A stretch of DNA of 64,000 nt from a phage. The DNA lies in the sequence record PZ445448.1. One strand, written 5' to 3'. The translations under genes were made by a program, and so were the position numbers. Numbering within the stretch: position 1 is the first letter of the stretch; every line of letters starts with the position of its first letter. This document shows, one piece after another, positions 46,307-56,022 of this stretch. Below the pieces are notes generated by a model. The model worked only from the letters and a program-made list of their open reading frames with translations, was not told where the DNA came from and ran no database searches.

Positions 46307-46765
46307 TTAGAAGTTTGTTTTTACACGTCCCTTTTCATCAACCTCGTTGTTGGCTAGAAGCGTTACAAAGTCTGTGAAACGGACATGAAGAACTCTTTTC
46401 TTATCAAGGTATCCTAAAGCCACCCCTGAGAAATTTAGCATCAAAGGGGCTAAAGAAGCTCTGGCACTGAAATGCTGTTGTTCTACCCTTCCAACACCCT
46501 TAGTGTAGGATGGGTTAAGATTGTAAGTTCTGAATCCCAGTTTTGTTGGAGCTTTAGAATTAAAAACAACTTTATAGCGTTTCTTACTCAACTTATGCTC
46601 CAGGATAAGCATTCCCTTATCACCCTTGATAAGTTGAAAATCTGTAAAGTGCTCTTTTAATACGAAAGGTAATGCCAGTCCCATCGCCTGCCCCCTTTGT
46701 ACCGCTGTCTCACCAAAAGCTTTTGCATCAGTAAGTTCTTTGGTCAAGTCTATGCTTTTGATCAT
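46307..46765 (-). CDS. hypothetical protein
   Basis: GGAGAC SD. Confidence 0.45.
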   Translation of the reverse strand: MIKSIDLTKELTDAKAFGETAVQRGQAMGLALPFVLKEHFTDFQLIKGDKGMLILEHKLSKKRYKVVFNSKAPTKLGFRTYNLNPSYTKGVGRVEQQHFSARASLAPLMLNFSGVALGYLDKKRVLHVRFTDFVTLLANNEVDEKGRVKTNF

Positions 46766-47546
46766 ACCTAGTCTCCAAAATGTATTGTAGTTCTTTCTTA
46801 CCTATACTCTTCATTCCGGCAGTCTTACCTGCTTCTTCTTGAAAAGAAGAATAGCATTCAGCAAACACTCTGTCAACACCGTCAACTAAAGATTTTATGA
46901 AATATGTTGATTCTTCAGATTTTGGGTCATCCTCCCCCAATACTTTTCCAGCATTATACCCAACACGTCTTACACAGAAGTCGTAGTCATCTGGAGTGCT
47001 AAAAGAAAATAACTTATTCTCCCCAATCTCTACAGGATCCCTGTTGCACGCCTTTTTCTCCCAAATTTGGAAAACACACGGCACGTCATAAGGTTTGCCA
47101 TTAAGTAGAAACGAGTTCTTAGGGCACCTTTCACTGTAGACAAGGTGCATCGACATGTCCAGTTTGTTTGCAAAAAATATTTTTTCAAATGTCCGTGGCA
47201 AGATGAAGGCTATAGCCCCTCCAAGCTCTAGCAATGATGCACAATGGTTGAAGAATTTGCAAGCTAAAGATGAATTCTTGCCAAATGGTGGGTTACCTAT
47301 GAAGACATCTGCCTTGGGATGAACCTCCAAGAAGTTTGCCTGAATGCACGGTGTTGGTCCTTCAAATTCAGGATCTGGTACTAAATCGTACGACAGTATC
47401 TCTGAAAATAGTTTTGAAAAAGAACCCCTTCCAGCAGAAGGCTCAACGTATGCACAATTCCCATACTTATCTTTTACTTTACCAACAAGATATTCTGCAT
47501 ACTCAGGGTTTGTGTAATATTTGTCGTTGGACTCTTTCTTACTCAA
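46728..47546 (-). CDS. DNA methyltransferase (amino-MTase, NPPF motif)
   Basis: motif I VEPSAGRGSF and motif IV FIGNPPFG. Confidence 0.55.
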   Translation of the reverse strand: MSKKESNDKYYTNPEYAEYLVGKVKDKYGNCAYVEPSAGRGSFSKLFSEILSYDLVPDPEFEGPTPCIQANFLEVHPKADVFIGNPPFGKNSSLACKFFNHCASLLELGGAIAFILPRTFEKIFFANKLDMSMHLVYSERCPKNSFLLNGKPYDVPCVFQIWEKKACNRDPVEIGENKLFSFSTPDDYDFCVRRVGYNAGKVLGEDDPKSEESTYFIKSLVDGVDRVFAECYSSFQEEAGKTAGMKSIGKKELQYILETRYDQKHRLDQRTY

Positions 47547-47559
47547 AGTGCCTCCAAAA

Positions 47560-47583
47560 GGAAAAGGGAGGCTTGCGCCTCCC
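47560..47583 (-). terminator. intrinsic terminator (minus strand)
   Basis: GGGAGGCGCAAGCCTCCC followed by TTTTCC on minus strand. Confidence 0.5.
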
Positions 47584-47592
47584 TATACTTGA

Positions 47593-48576
47593 TTAGATTA
47601 TCTGAATCAGGGTGTTTTTCATTTCTTCTCTGGTACGGATGTTGTTACGGTCACGAACAACAGATCCACAACCTTCGCAGCGATATGTTTTAAATGCACT
47701 CAGTTGAGTATACGCCAAAGCTTCTTCCTCGTGAAGGTGTTCTCCACCACAGCGTGGGCAACGAACCTTTGGCTCCTCGTCCTGGTAGTACAATGACATG
47801 TTTGGGTGCTGCTTAGCAAACGGGCGAGCCAGCAAATACAGTCCTTCCAGAGACAGGATATCACCAACATTATACTCCCGCATCTGTTTAAATGCCTCAA
47901 GATCGCCATGGACACACTTGATCCACATTTCAAATGTGTGATCAATCAGTTTCTGTCTGGCCAGTTGGAAGTATTTGCATGCATACTCCAAAGTGTTTGC
48001 ATTCAAACGGAATGCCTTCTTGATCATTTTAAGGGTGTCAACCTCTTTGTAGGGGCTTGTTGGAGGCAACCCGTGAAATGCAAATCGTTGGTTGGCCCAC
48101 CCGCAGTCAAAACCTGAATTGTGGGCTACTGCGACATCGCATTTATCCAGATAATACCACAAATCCTGAATCAATTCGAGATCATTGTGAATATCCTCAT
48201 CCCACATTTTGTAATCGGGAAGAGCGCAGTCAACCACACTAGGGCTGTCTAACCACTTACCTGCGAAAGTTAGCATATAAGGCATAACTTCAATACCACA
48301 GGTTTGAATGTTGGTCTTATAGTGCCCAAAGAACCAGCCGTTTGTTGGGGATGTCTCTGTATCATACACCCAAACTTTAGCGCCTTTGTGCTCTTCAAGG
48401 AAGCGCTCCGTTGCTTCTCCTACAATCTCTGACATATTCTCTTGTGCACGTTTAAGCTGTAGTCGGATCCAGCTCTCACGTGACTCACGGCCTAAAAATT
48501 CACGAGCAATTTGTCTATTAGTGTATCCCTGTTGCTTTAGTGTTAAAATTTGCTCAAGAGTTAACTTTGTCATCAT
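47593..48576 (-). CDS. putative DEDD-type 3'-5' exonuclease with N-terminal HTH and C-terminal zinc ribbon
   Basis: VWVYDTETS exonuclease motif I-like; CPRCGG...CEGCG. Confidence 0.4.
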   Translation of the reverse strand: MMTKLTLEQILTLKQQGYTNRQIAREFLGRESRESWIRLQLKRAQENMSEIVGEATERFLEEHKGAKVWVYDTETSPTNGWFFGHYKTNIQTCGIEVMPYMLTFAGKWLDSPSVVDCALPDYKMWDEDIHNDLELIQDLWYYLDKCDVAVAHNSGFDCGWANQRFAFHGLPPTSPYKEVDTLKMIKKAFRLNANTLEYACKYFQLARQKLIDHTFEMWIKCVHGDLEAFKQMREYNVGDILSLEGLYLLARPFAKQHPNMSLYYQDEEPKVRCPRCGGEHLHEEEALAYTQLSAFKTYRCEGCGSVVRDRNNIRTREEMKNTLIQII

Positions 48577-48588
48577 CGTTAAGATTCC

Positions 48589-48810
48589 TTAGTAAAACTG
48601 AAGAATGTCTTTTAAAGCGAAGTCACGATATTCGCCCTTGTCTACATCGAAGGCACGCATCAACCACTGCTCTTCTTTATGATACTCTGTAGAGCCAAAC
48701 CATAAATTAGGCTCAGTAACGCAGCGATCTGCAACAACACCTTTCCAGTTACGGTATTTCATCCTGATCAGGACTGAGTCGCAAGGATTGAATACCTTTT
48801 TCATCCCCAT
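48589..48810 (-). CDS. hypothetical small protein
   Basis: ORF, partially overlapping next gene. Confidence 0.35.
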   Translation of the reverse strand: MGMKKVFNPCDSVLIRMKYRNWKGVVADRCVTEPNLWFGSTEYHKEEQWLMRAFDVDKGEYRDFALKDILQFY

Positions 48811-49354
48811 AGAAATCTCTCTCCTCAGTTTTCTTTATAAACTCTTGCATGTAGAACTCAATAGCCTCATGCTTGGTGCACTCCGGATCAATGACAAGAT
48901 TGAGATCTGATTCTGCTCGTGCAATAATCGTAGCTTTAGAGCATCTCCTCAAGAACTTTGTCATATCATCTCTGTAGTTTTTGTGGAGCGGGAAGTCGCT
49001 GTAGTCTTTCTCCAAATAGTCAGCCATCCGGCGCAACGCCTCTGATAAACTGCAATCTGTATACTCGTTACAGTATTTCATCCAGTATTTAAGCACATAC
49101 CCCTCAAAGGTATTAGTGCATTGAGACAAAACACCCCTGCAACGACCAGTCAGATGATCATGATCTAAACAAGGCTTACGAAGTGGCTCGCACAAGATCG
49201 GATCAAGACCATCCTGCTCCTCTGACAATTCTTTTCGAAAGTTGGCTATGTCCTTAGAATCTTTTAACCACCCGTTATGAACTGGGGCTTTGACAGCTTT
49301 CTTTCTTATTTTACGCTTTGCGATAATCCCTCCAGATGAGCCCTGCCTATCCAA
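48749..49354 (-). CDS. endonuclease VII-family protein (Holliday junction resolvase-like)
   Basis: CEPLRKPCLDHDHLTGRCRGVLSQCTN matches the endo VII zinc/His-Me finger signature. Confidence 0.55.
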   Translation of the reverse strand: MDRQGSSGGIIAKRKIRKKAVKAPVHNGWLKDSKDIANFRKELSEEQDGLDPILCEPLRKPCLDHDHLTGRCRGVLSQCTNTFEGYVLKYWMKYCNEYTDCSLSEALRRMADYLEKDYSDFPLHKNYRDDMTKFLRRCSKATIIARAESDLNLVIDPECTKHEAIEFYMQEFIKKTEERDFYGDEKGIQSLRLSPDQDEIP

Positions 49355-49935
49355 TAAGCATCTGCGAGATCGGCCTTACCTTGTACCAAATTGATCCCGT
49401 CTAGGAACCCAGGTTCAGATACTTCGCAGGCCTTAACCATCAACTTTTTATCCATTGTAACAGGTTTCTTCACAGTATGCTCTTTACCTGTCTTTTTGTC
49501 AAGCTTTTTCTTCTCCTCAAAAGCAAGTTCTTCAGGAAGATGACTACGAGCAAACTTTTTGGCAGTTGTTGGTGTCACTGTGTGGACCTTAAACAGGCCG
49601 TCATTTTCACAATCAGCTAAGGCATCCCAAAGCATAATTTCAAGACCGTAAAACAACCCAGCCAGTTCACGTGTGGCATCCCCGCGTGATCCAAAGGAAA
49701 GCCCTTCCATAACCACGGTGTCAACGTGATGCGTGTGGATATAATATCTGACCTGTTTGCAGATCCAGTCAATACGCTCAGCAGCTGTTGCAAAAGAAAC
49801 CGTCCCTGGTTTCTTCTCTTTTGCAGATGAGCTTTGAGTTCGTAACACAACCTTATGAACAGGCTTTCCATCGTCCCATACAACGCAAGCTGTGTGTGTC
49901 AACGACTGGTCTATGGATAATAGACGCTCTCTCAT
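49306..49935 (-). CDS. putative RuvC-like nuclease
   Basis: N-terminal LLSIDQSLTHTACVVW resembles RuvC-fold first strand; weak. Confidence 0.3.
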   Translation of the reverse strand: MRERLLSIDQSLTHTACVVWDDGKPVHKVVLRTQSSSAKEKKPGTVSFATAAERIDWICKQVRYYIHTHHVDTVVMEGLSFGSRGDATRELAGLFYGLEIMLWDALADCENDGLFKVHTVTPTTAKKFARSHLPEELAFEEKKKLDKKTGKEHTVKKPVTMDKKLMVKACEVSEPGFLDGINLVQGKADLADAYWIGRAHLEGLSQSVK

Positions 49936-50267
49936 GCTTCCTCATCCTCCTCTCCTTCATCAGGAGCATAAGCCTTATCTTTGAACAAGACGAGAGAGCA
50001 AAGCTTAACATCTGTTTCCACACTGGTGAACATGCATAACCGCTCGCCCTCAATCAACTCACAATCCTCTTTTAAAACAGCAGACCATACACGGTCATCT
50101 GCGTAATCATCTGTGTACAGGATGTATGAAATAGTGTCATCTTCATACAACCGCCACATACCTGTGGCAACAATAAATGTATTTTTTGTTTTAATGGTCC
50201 CTGTTGTATGATCATCCTCAAAAACAGCTTCCATAATTGCACTATCTACAGAATTTTTAGTCATCAA
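49932..50267 (-). CDS. hypothetical protein
   Basis: ORF in array. Confidence 0.4.
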   Translation of the reverse strand: MMTKNSVDSAIMEAVFEDDHTTGTIKTKNTFIVATGMWRLYEDDTISYILYTDDYADDRVWSAVLKEDCELIEGERLCMFTSVETDVKLCSLVLFKDKAYAPDEGEEDEEA

Positions 50268-51403
50268 ATTGCTCCAACATTTCTAAGAACGTTAACAAGT
50301 TTTGTTTGATCATTGAATGTTCGCTTCATATACAAACAGTCAAAAATTATACTCATCCATTGACCTACGGAAATTCTACGATCAATACCATTGAAGTCAG
50401 TATACTTAACAACACCTTTCGGGAACCACTTCTTGTACTGATCAATAATAGCCATCCACATCTCCTTTGGAGTGCTGCACTGAGACAGTAGGTAGAATGC
50501 TGAGGCATCTCCGAACTTACCCTTACCGATAAGTCCCTGATACGGCTTGATGTTGTCAGCAGAGTCACCACACAGCATTTGGTATCCGAAGAACAGCATT
50601 CCGTAACCACCAACCTCTCCATTAGGCTTCATGAAGATGTTCCCCATACCGTTATCGATCAGCATAGGGGTTTCTCTTACAAAATCTCCCTTATCGTTTC
50701 GCATGGGATCGAACACAAGCCCCGGTAGTGTTCTTTGGTCCTTATCAATAGAGATAATAAACTTGTTGAACTTACCTGTTTTTTGGTAGTGGTTCCAACC
50801 TTCAAATTGCTGGATAGCTAACCAGTCGTCAGCCTCGATACCGTTGATCACTTGAGCATTATACTGCTTTTGGAGATACTGTCTTGCATCTCCAAGCAGC
50901 AGTGGTCGAAGAGTATTGTTACGGTTGGCTTTATATCTTTCCGGCATGGGAAGATCTAGTCTGAAATTACCTGTGCCTCCAAGTACCCCCACGCACCGAT
51001 CTTCCGGAATACCGAGATAATTAAGGACTGCATTAGCTTTACACTTAATTGTGTGCAAGCAGTTCTCTACAGGATCAGGGGTTTGGATATCTAAGACATC
51101 GAAATCTTCTCGTGTCCACGGAATAAACTCCTTGCCAGCCTTTTTACATGCAGCTTCACGGTTGGTATTCTCAGCTTTTAACCAACCACCAACGGTGTTC
51201 TTCTGCCGCCCCCAGAACTCTGTTCGTGTTTTAAACATCTTCTTACGTCCGGAGGCTTTGTGTGTTACCTCAATTGTCCTTTTTTCACAACTTGCTGCAG
51301 CTTGATATGCAACCTGATCGAAGTCATAATAAACTATAGCGTCAGGTTCAAGAAGATCAGCCAGACAATCTATGGACTCAATAAGTGGATATTCTCTACT
51401 CAA
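50264..51403 (-). CDS. putative flap endonuclease / 5'-3' exonuclease (RNase H-like)
   Basis: NGIEADDWLAI matches the G.EADD.IA motif of the 5' nuclease family. Confidence 0.5.
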   Translation of the reverse strand: MSREYPLIESIDCLADLLEPDAIVYYDFDQVAYQAAASCEKRTIEVTHKASGRKKMFKTRTEFWGRQKNTVGGWLKAENTNREAACKKAGKEFIPWTREDFDVLDIQTPDPVENCLHTIKCKANAVLNYLGIPEDRCVGVLGGTGNFRLDLPMPERYKANRNNTLRPLLLGDARQYLQKQYNAQVINGIEADDWLAIQQFEGWNHYQKTGKFNKFIISIDKDQRTLPGLVFDPMRNDKGDFVRETPMLIDNGMGNIFMKPNGEVGGYGMLFFGYQMLCGDSADNIKPYQGLIGKGKFGDASAFYLLSQCSTPKEMWMAIIDQYKKWFPKGVVKYTDFNGIDRRISVGQWMSIIFDCLYMKRTFNDQTKLVNVLRNVGAI

Positions 51404-51704
51404 AGACCCTCCTGTTAGTTATTCTGCAAGATGGTTGGATGCTGTAATGGAAGGCATCATCACTCTCTGCAATAAGTGACTCAACATCCCAATACTTTTC
51501 AAAAAGGAACGGATTAGACCCCCAGTGGTGGGTTATTTTCATCAAGGAGTCTGGTATCATATAACCACAGATCTTAATTACATCGCCAGGTTGAATTGTG
51601 TTTTCATGAAGGTTGCTTGCCTTCTTCAGAATCATACCTTTATGATTCTCGTTTGCATACAACTGGACAATATCTTTATCTTCAACAATAAAAATTTTAA
51701 GCAT
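51396..51704 (-). CDS. hypothetical protein
   Basis: ORF in array. Confidence 0.4.
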   Translation of the reverse strand: MLKIFIVEDKDIVQLYANENHKGMILKKASNLHENTIQPGDVIKICGYMIPDSLMKITHHWGSNPFLFEKYWDVESLIAESDDAFHYSIQPSCRITNRRVFE

Positions 51705-51763
51705 ATCTAGTTCTCCTAGTTTATAGATATCTTACCGATAATATCAGATTAATAACACTTTTG

Positions 51764-52057
51764 TCAAGACTTTTTAGTCTTTCTTGGAGAGCTTTTTGTT
51801 GATCTTTTCCTTTTGTGGTAGATTCCAAGTGCAGCGTTTTCTTGGGCGCACGTTTTAACAGTTCTCAGACAAGAACTTTCAGCTTTAGGCAGGTTTAACT
51901 CCCACCAACCAAGCCAGTAAAGTTCTGATTCAGACAACTGCTCAGATTCAGCCTTCCGATACAAGGCTTGCATACCTCTGATGATATCGTCCAGAGGTGT
52001 ATCGAATACAAAAGCTGTCTTATCGAATTTCTCTTTTACAGGTTTCTTATCCATCAA
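51764..52057 (-). CDS. hypothetical basic protein
   Basis: TTGACA promoter upstream on minus strand. Confidence 0.4.
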   Translation of the reverse strand: MMDKKPVKEKFDKTAFVFDTPLDDIIRGMQALYRKAESEQLSESELYWLGWWELNLPKAESSCLRTVKTCAQENAALGIYHKRKRSTKSSPRKTKKS

Positions 52058-52511
52058 GGTAACCCTCTATCCACGAAAAGTCAGTCTTCCACTCTGGAAC
52101 TTTACTAAGCTCACGCCACTCTGCAAAGCAGTCTCGGTAATACTCCTCTGCCATACCTTTGGTGATCTTATTCACCTTAGCCAACTGATTAACTGCCTGA
52201 GCATACTTTCCACGAATATTTGCTAACCCAGGATGCACCGATGTGTGACAATCTGGGCACAACGCTATCAGTCCGACAAGCCGGATCACTCCCTCTTCGA
52301 AAGTGTAAAGTTCATGACACTCCACTGGGTGTTTGCTGCCTTTACCGCCGCACACCTCACAGGTGTAGTTGGCTTCTCTATAGCACTTCTTGCGGATCTT
52401 ATCCCACTCACTCTTCTTTACAGCGTTTCGGAGGTTATTATACCAAGCTGTTTCTGGGATCAGTTGCACAATAAGCCTGCGTTCAGACTTCATTAAACGT
52501 CCGTCTTCCAC
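52047..52511 (-). CDS. putative HNH-like zinc-finger nuclease
   Basis: CEVCGG...HPVECHE...CPDCH arrangement. Confidence 0.35.
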   Translation of the reverse strand: MEDGRLMKSERRLIVQLIPETAWYNNLRNAVKKSEWDKIRKKCYREANYTCEVCGGKGSKHPVECHELYTFEEGVIRLVGLIALCPDCHTSVHPGLANIRGKYAQAVNQLAKVNKITKGMAEEYYRDCFAEWRELSKVPEWKTDFSWIEGYLDG

Positions 52512-52520
52512 GTATCCTCC

Positions 52521-52727
52521 TCATTCAAAGAAATGGGTACGAGGGCAGGAACCTGCCTCTCCTTGTTTCACAAGTTCGTAGAGCTCACCTTGGCTTGTCT
52601 CATAAAGGCAAATACGTTTACCATTGTCCCGATATACATCGACAAGATACGCTGTTTCACCTGCAAACACTACACCACAGGCCAGACATGCTGCCATGAA
52701 CAAAATTGCCAACAGAAAATCTTTCAT
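52521..52727 (-). CDS. small putative lipoprotein / secreted protein
   Basis: N-terminus MKDFLLAILFMAACLAC signal-peptide-like with Cys. Confidence 0.45.
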   Translation of the reverse strand: MKDFLLAILFMAACLACGVVFAGETAYLVDVYRDNGKRICLYETSQGELYELVKQGEAGSCPRTHFFE

Positions 52728-52790
52728 GGTTAAACCCTCCTAAACATTTTATGAGGCAACAATACCACGTCCGTGTGGTTATGTCAATGA

Positions 52791-53261
52791 TCAATCAAGG
52801 ACAACACCGCCTGCCTTTTTAAACACCTCGATCAACTTCTCAATCTTCTGTTCATGCTGACCATATCCAGCACCAGGTAACGAAGCCCAGCGGGAACGGC
52901 ATTTATGGATAGCCTCGTGGATACGCCCTTCGTCAATGTCGGCGAGAGCCTTGCACTCACGGATCAGTTGCAACGCAATCTTGTCCTGACTGGCAGGGCC
53001 AAAATCTGGCAATCCTAACTGTTCCATGTAGTGTTTAGCAAACTTCTCCAAAACCTGGTAACGCCCAGCAGCGGAGGAGGTAAGTTTAGCATTTAGCTTA
53101 ACGTACACACCTGGATGCTTGCTGTAATCGCTAAACAGCTTGCCACCAACTATGACATCATAGCCCCGATCCTTGGTGGGTTGTCTACCATTATCTGTGC
53201 CTTCTGAATATGCGATCATATCCAAGAAAGCTTTTCGTTGAACATTTTTATCAAGTTTCAT
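52791..53261 (-). CDS. endolysin, lambda R-like lytic transglycosylase
   Basis: QRKAFLDMIAYSEGTDNGRQPTKDRGYDVIVGG closely matches lambda R N-terminus. Confidence 0.75.
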   Translation of the reverse strand: MKLDKNVQRKAFLDMIAYSEGTDNGRQPTKDRGYDVIVGGKLFSDYSKHPGVYVKLNAKLTSSAAGRYQVLEKFAKHYMEQLGLPDFGPASQDKIALQLIRECKALADIDEGRIHEAIHKCRSRWASLPGAGYGQHEQKIEKLIEVFKKAGGVVLD

Positions 53262-53385
53262 TTTTCATACTCTCCAGTTTACTCATAACTAACCAGATCA
53301 ACAACACTACACAGTGTGGTTATGTAGGTGCCAATTGAAAAACCATCATTCGATTGGCTACCGTTACCTACTAAACCTTCCTACA

Positions 53386-54669
53386 TCATTCCAGAACCTC
53401 CCAAGTGTCTGGGTCAACATTTCGGACGCAGATACCGACAGGGAATTGGTAGTTGTTGTCTTCTGTCCTTGATTGATATTTGAAGGTGACAAACTTGCCG
53501 ATCATTTCCTGCATCCTGTCATAGCTACGCTCCTCGTGCGTGCCTTTCATCTTCATTTTAACAATAACACCTTCCTTGTCAACACAGATAAGAACACCTT
53601 CATCATTCTTATCTTTCTCAACGTCAATAACTTTCACCTCTGCGTCGTTGAACTTTTTCCATTTCAATGCTTCAGATGTTCGCTGACCGTACTCGTATTT
53701 ACCGCAGAAATTACGCATGATAGTACCTTCATATCCTTCGGACATGAATATACCAACAGATTCTTCGCAATGATCAACTGTGTACGCAAGCTCTGCGTCA
53801 ACAACCTTGATATGGTCAAGCATCAGAGTGGTAACGGTATCCTCTGCATCCATAAGATCCTTGCAGCGTCCAGACTCTGTTTCTGGATCCCACCACACCT
53901 TGTCGCTAGGAATATCAAAAATGTGATACTCCAGATCGTAGCTACAGTACCCACCGTAACGCAAATCATCACGAACAGGCTCAACATCGACAGGAATATC
54001 TACCTTGTTGAAGTTTTTGTATGTTGATAAGCCTGCCTTAATTGCTGCATGACGGCGTTTTTTATCTGCCTCATAGTCTTTATCGATCTCGGCCTGAATC
54101 TCTTCCTGTGTGCGCCACCGTTTAGCAAGAGACACTATTTTCTGCAAAGGAAGACCATGAATGTATAGTTCCCCATCAAGTTGTTTAATCCCAGTGGTAG
54201 AATGGAAAGAACGAAGTTGCTCTAAAAGCTTTCCTTGAATAGGGTAGGACTTATTACCACGGGAAATAAATTTAGGCTCACCATTTTGGAAAACAACAAG
54301 CAGACGAAGGCCATCTAACTTACGCAAGATCCAGCAAGGTAATTTAAGTGCCTTGCCACGCTTCAGGTAGTCATGCACCAGCATGGGTAAAAGATCAACA
54401 CCCTGCTCGCAATCTTCCATGTTTTCAACATACCCCAGACGGACTTGTTTTTCCCACTTGCTGATAGCCTCAAGCTCGGCCTGTTGCTCAGCTGTAGTCT
54501 CGTTGGCACGACCTACGTTCTTAGGTGTGCATACCGTCTCTTTGTACTGCAGTTTACCATCAAGCTTGCCAAACTCTACGATAACCTTATCACCATCCGT
54601 GAATACTTTCCACTGTTGGTAGCTGCCATCTTTATTCAGTGCGTACAGTGTTGTTTTGATCTGATGCAT
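53386..54669 (-). CDS. ATP-dependent polynucleotide ligase (DNA ligase-like)
   Basis: nucleotidyltransferase motif I KLDGLR; later EGTIMRN and KWKKF motifs. Confidence 0.55.
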   Translation of the reverse strand: MHQIKTTLYALNKDGSYQQWKVFTDGDKVIVEFGKLDGKLQYKETVCTPKNVGRANETTAEQQAELEAISKWEKQVRLGYVENMEDCEQGVDLLPMLVHDYLKRGKALKLPCWILRKLDGLRLLVVFQNGEPKFISRGNKSYPIQGKLLEQLRSFHSTTGIKQLDGELYIHGLPLQKIVSLAKRWRTQEEIQAEIDKDYEADKKRRHAAIKAGLSTYKNFNKVDIPVDVEPVRDDLRYGGYCSYDLEYHIFDIPSDKVWWDPETESGRCKDLMDAEDTVTTLMLDHIKVVDAELAYTVDHCEESVGIFMSEGYEGTIMRNFCGKYEYGQRTSEALKWKKFNDAEVKVIDVEKDKNDEGVLICVDKEGVIVKMKMKGTHEERSYDRMQEMIGKFVTFKYQSRTEDNNYQFPVGICVRNVDPDTWEVLE

Positions 54670-54938
54670 TACTCGGCCTCTTCCTTAAAAATTTTAAACA
54701 TCTCTTCTTTACTCATTACCAACCAGTCTCCCATAAAGTCAACTAGCCAATCTCCCTGGTACAAGACAAGGTTACCAAAAGGCTCGACAAGCTCACACAT
54801 GCGACGAAGATCTCTGGTCCGAACAGGTGACGATGTAAACACACCTGTATCAATCCACCGTTGCAGATCAGATACTGATGAAGAGCTTCCGTCAAACTGA
54901 TGTGCTTCTACAGGTTTAGCAAGATTAAATAACGGCAT
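54669..54938 (-). CDS. hypothetical protein
   Basis: ORF in array. Confidence 0.4.
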   Translation of the reverse strand: MPLFNLAKPVEAHQFDGSSSSVSDLQRWIDTGVFTSSPVRTRDLRRMCELVEPFGNLVLYQGDWLVDFMGDWLVMSKEEMFKIFKEEAE

Positions 54939-55233
54939 TGCAGTCCTCCTTCTGTAGTAGGTCTTTTATAGGATAAACAAGTAAGTGTGGGTCGTAATAA
55001 CGTATAGTCCTATTCTGCCACACTATGAACTTTATTACAACCAAATTTACAATATCTTTATCACCATGTAGCCCAACACACACATTTGTCCATATTTTGT
55101 GGTTGAAGACCTTGCTATCGATGTAGATTTTAGTGTCAAACTTATCCTCCATTCTACCAATAAGTTTGATCAGCTCCTTCATCTGGTCGCCAAACACAGC
55201 ATCTTTTTCAAGATCTCTGGAATGCTTGTACAT
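54925..55233 (-). CDS. hypothetical protein
   Basis: ORF in array. Confidence 0.4.
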   Translation of the reverse strand: MYKHSRDLEKDAVFGDQMKELIKLIGRMEDKFDTKIYIDSKVFNHKIWTNVCVGLHGDKDIVNLVVIKFIVWQNRTIRYYDPHLLVYPIKDLLQKEDCNAVI

Positions 55234-55295
55234 AACTGACTACCTCACTGCATACTTTCCATAGTAAGTAAAGCCGGGTAATCCCGGCTATGTTG

Positions 55296-56009
55296 TTAAA
55301 TATACTCTGTTACATCCTTGAAGCTCGAAGGCTTCATAATCTTACCTTTACTGTCAAGGAATATAATAACTTTATTGCCGTTGTAGAACTCCTCTTTAGC
55401 AACGAAACCTTCGTAGCGACCACCAAAACGACGCTCAAGATCTTTAATCTCCAACTCGATGAGTTGTTCAGCAGGCATATCTGCACTGGCACCGTGTGAA
55501 TGCCGTAGATGGTTGATCCGTGCAAACTTACTGTCATTAGATTTTAGAACCTTCCGCATCATCCCACACACATCCCCGCTAAGCTGGAACAGCAAAGCTG
55601 TTGATAACTCCGCTAGTCGGTAAGCTGACGCTCTTTGCTTGGATGTGTTTTTCGCAGCGATCAGTGTATCATAGAACTCACCGATCTTGAACTTAAGACC
55701 TCGCGGATTATCAAACAGGTTTGACCACTTTTCGTGGTTATCATTAACAAGATAAGCTGCATAACTTGTGACAACGTGAAGATCGCAGGCCTCTTTTAGC
55801 AGGTGATCTCCACCATCACCTTTCTCCAGCTCTTCCAAAACCTCATTGAACTCTTCCTCAATGAAGCTAAGCTGTAATTCGAATGGTGTGTATGATTTTT
55901 TCACTTTAGCTGCCACACGGTTCCAGTTTTCCACCCAGTTGGCAGACCAAAGGTAGTTTTCAGGCTGGGACAGTTTTTCCAGGTTGTCGATCAGTTTAGT
56001 ATTCAGCAT
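55296..56009 (-). CDS. putative MazG-like nucleotide pyrophosphohydrolase
   Basis: IEEEFNEVLEELEKGDGGDHLLKEACDL resembles the MazG EExxE...D metal-binding helix. Confidence 0.4.
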   Translation of the reverse strand: MLNTKLIDNLEKLSQPENYLWSANWVENWNRVAAKVKKSYTPFELQLSFIEEEFNEVLEELEKGDGGDHLLKEACDLHVVTSYAAYLVNDNHEKWSNLFDNPRGLKFKIGEFYDTLIAAKNTSKQRASAYRLAELSTALLFQLSGDVCGMMRKVLKSNDSKFARINHLRHSHGASADMPAEQLIELEIKDLERRFGGRYEGFVAKEEFYNGNKVIIFLDSKGKIMKPSSFKDVTEYI

Positions 56010-56022
56010 TAAAGGTCTCCTT

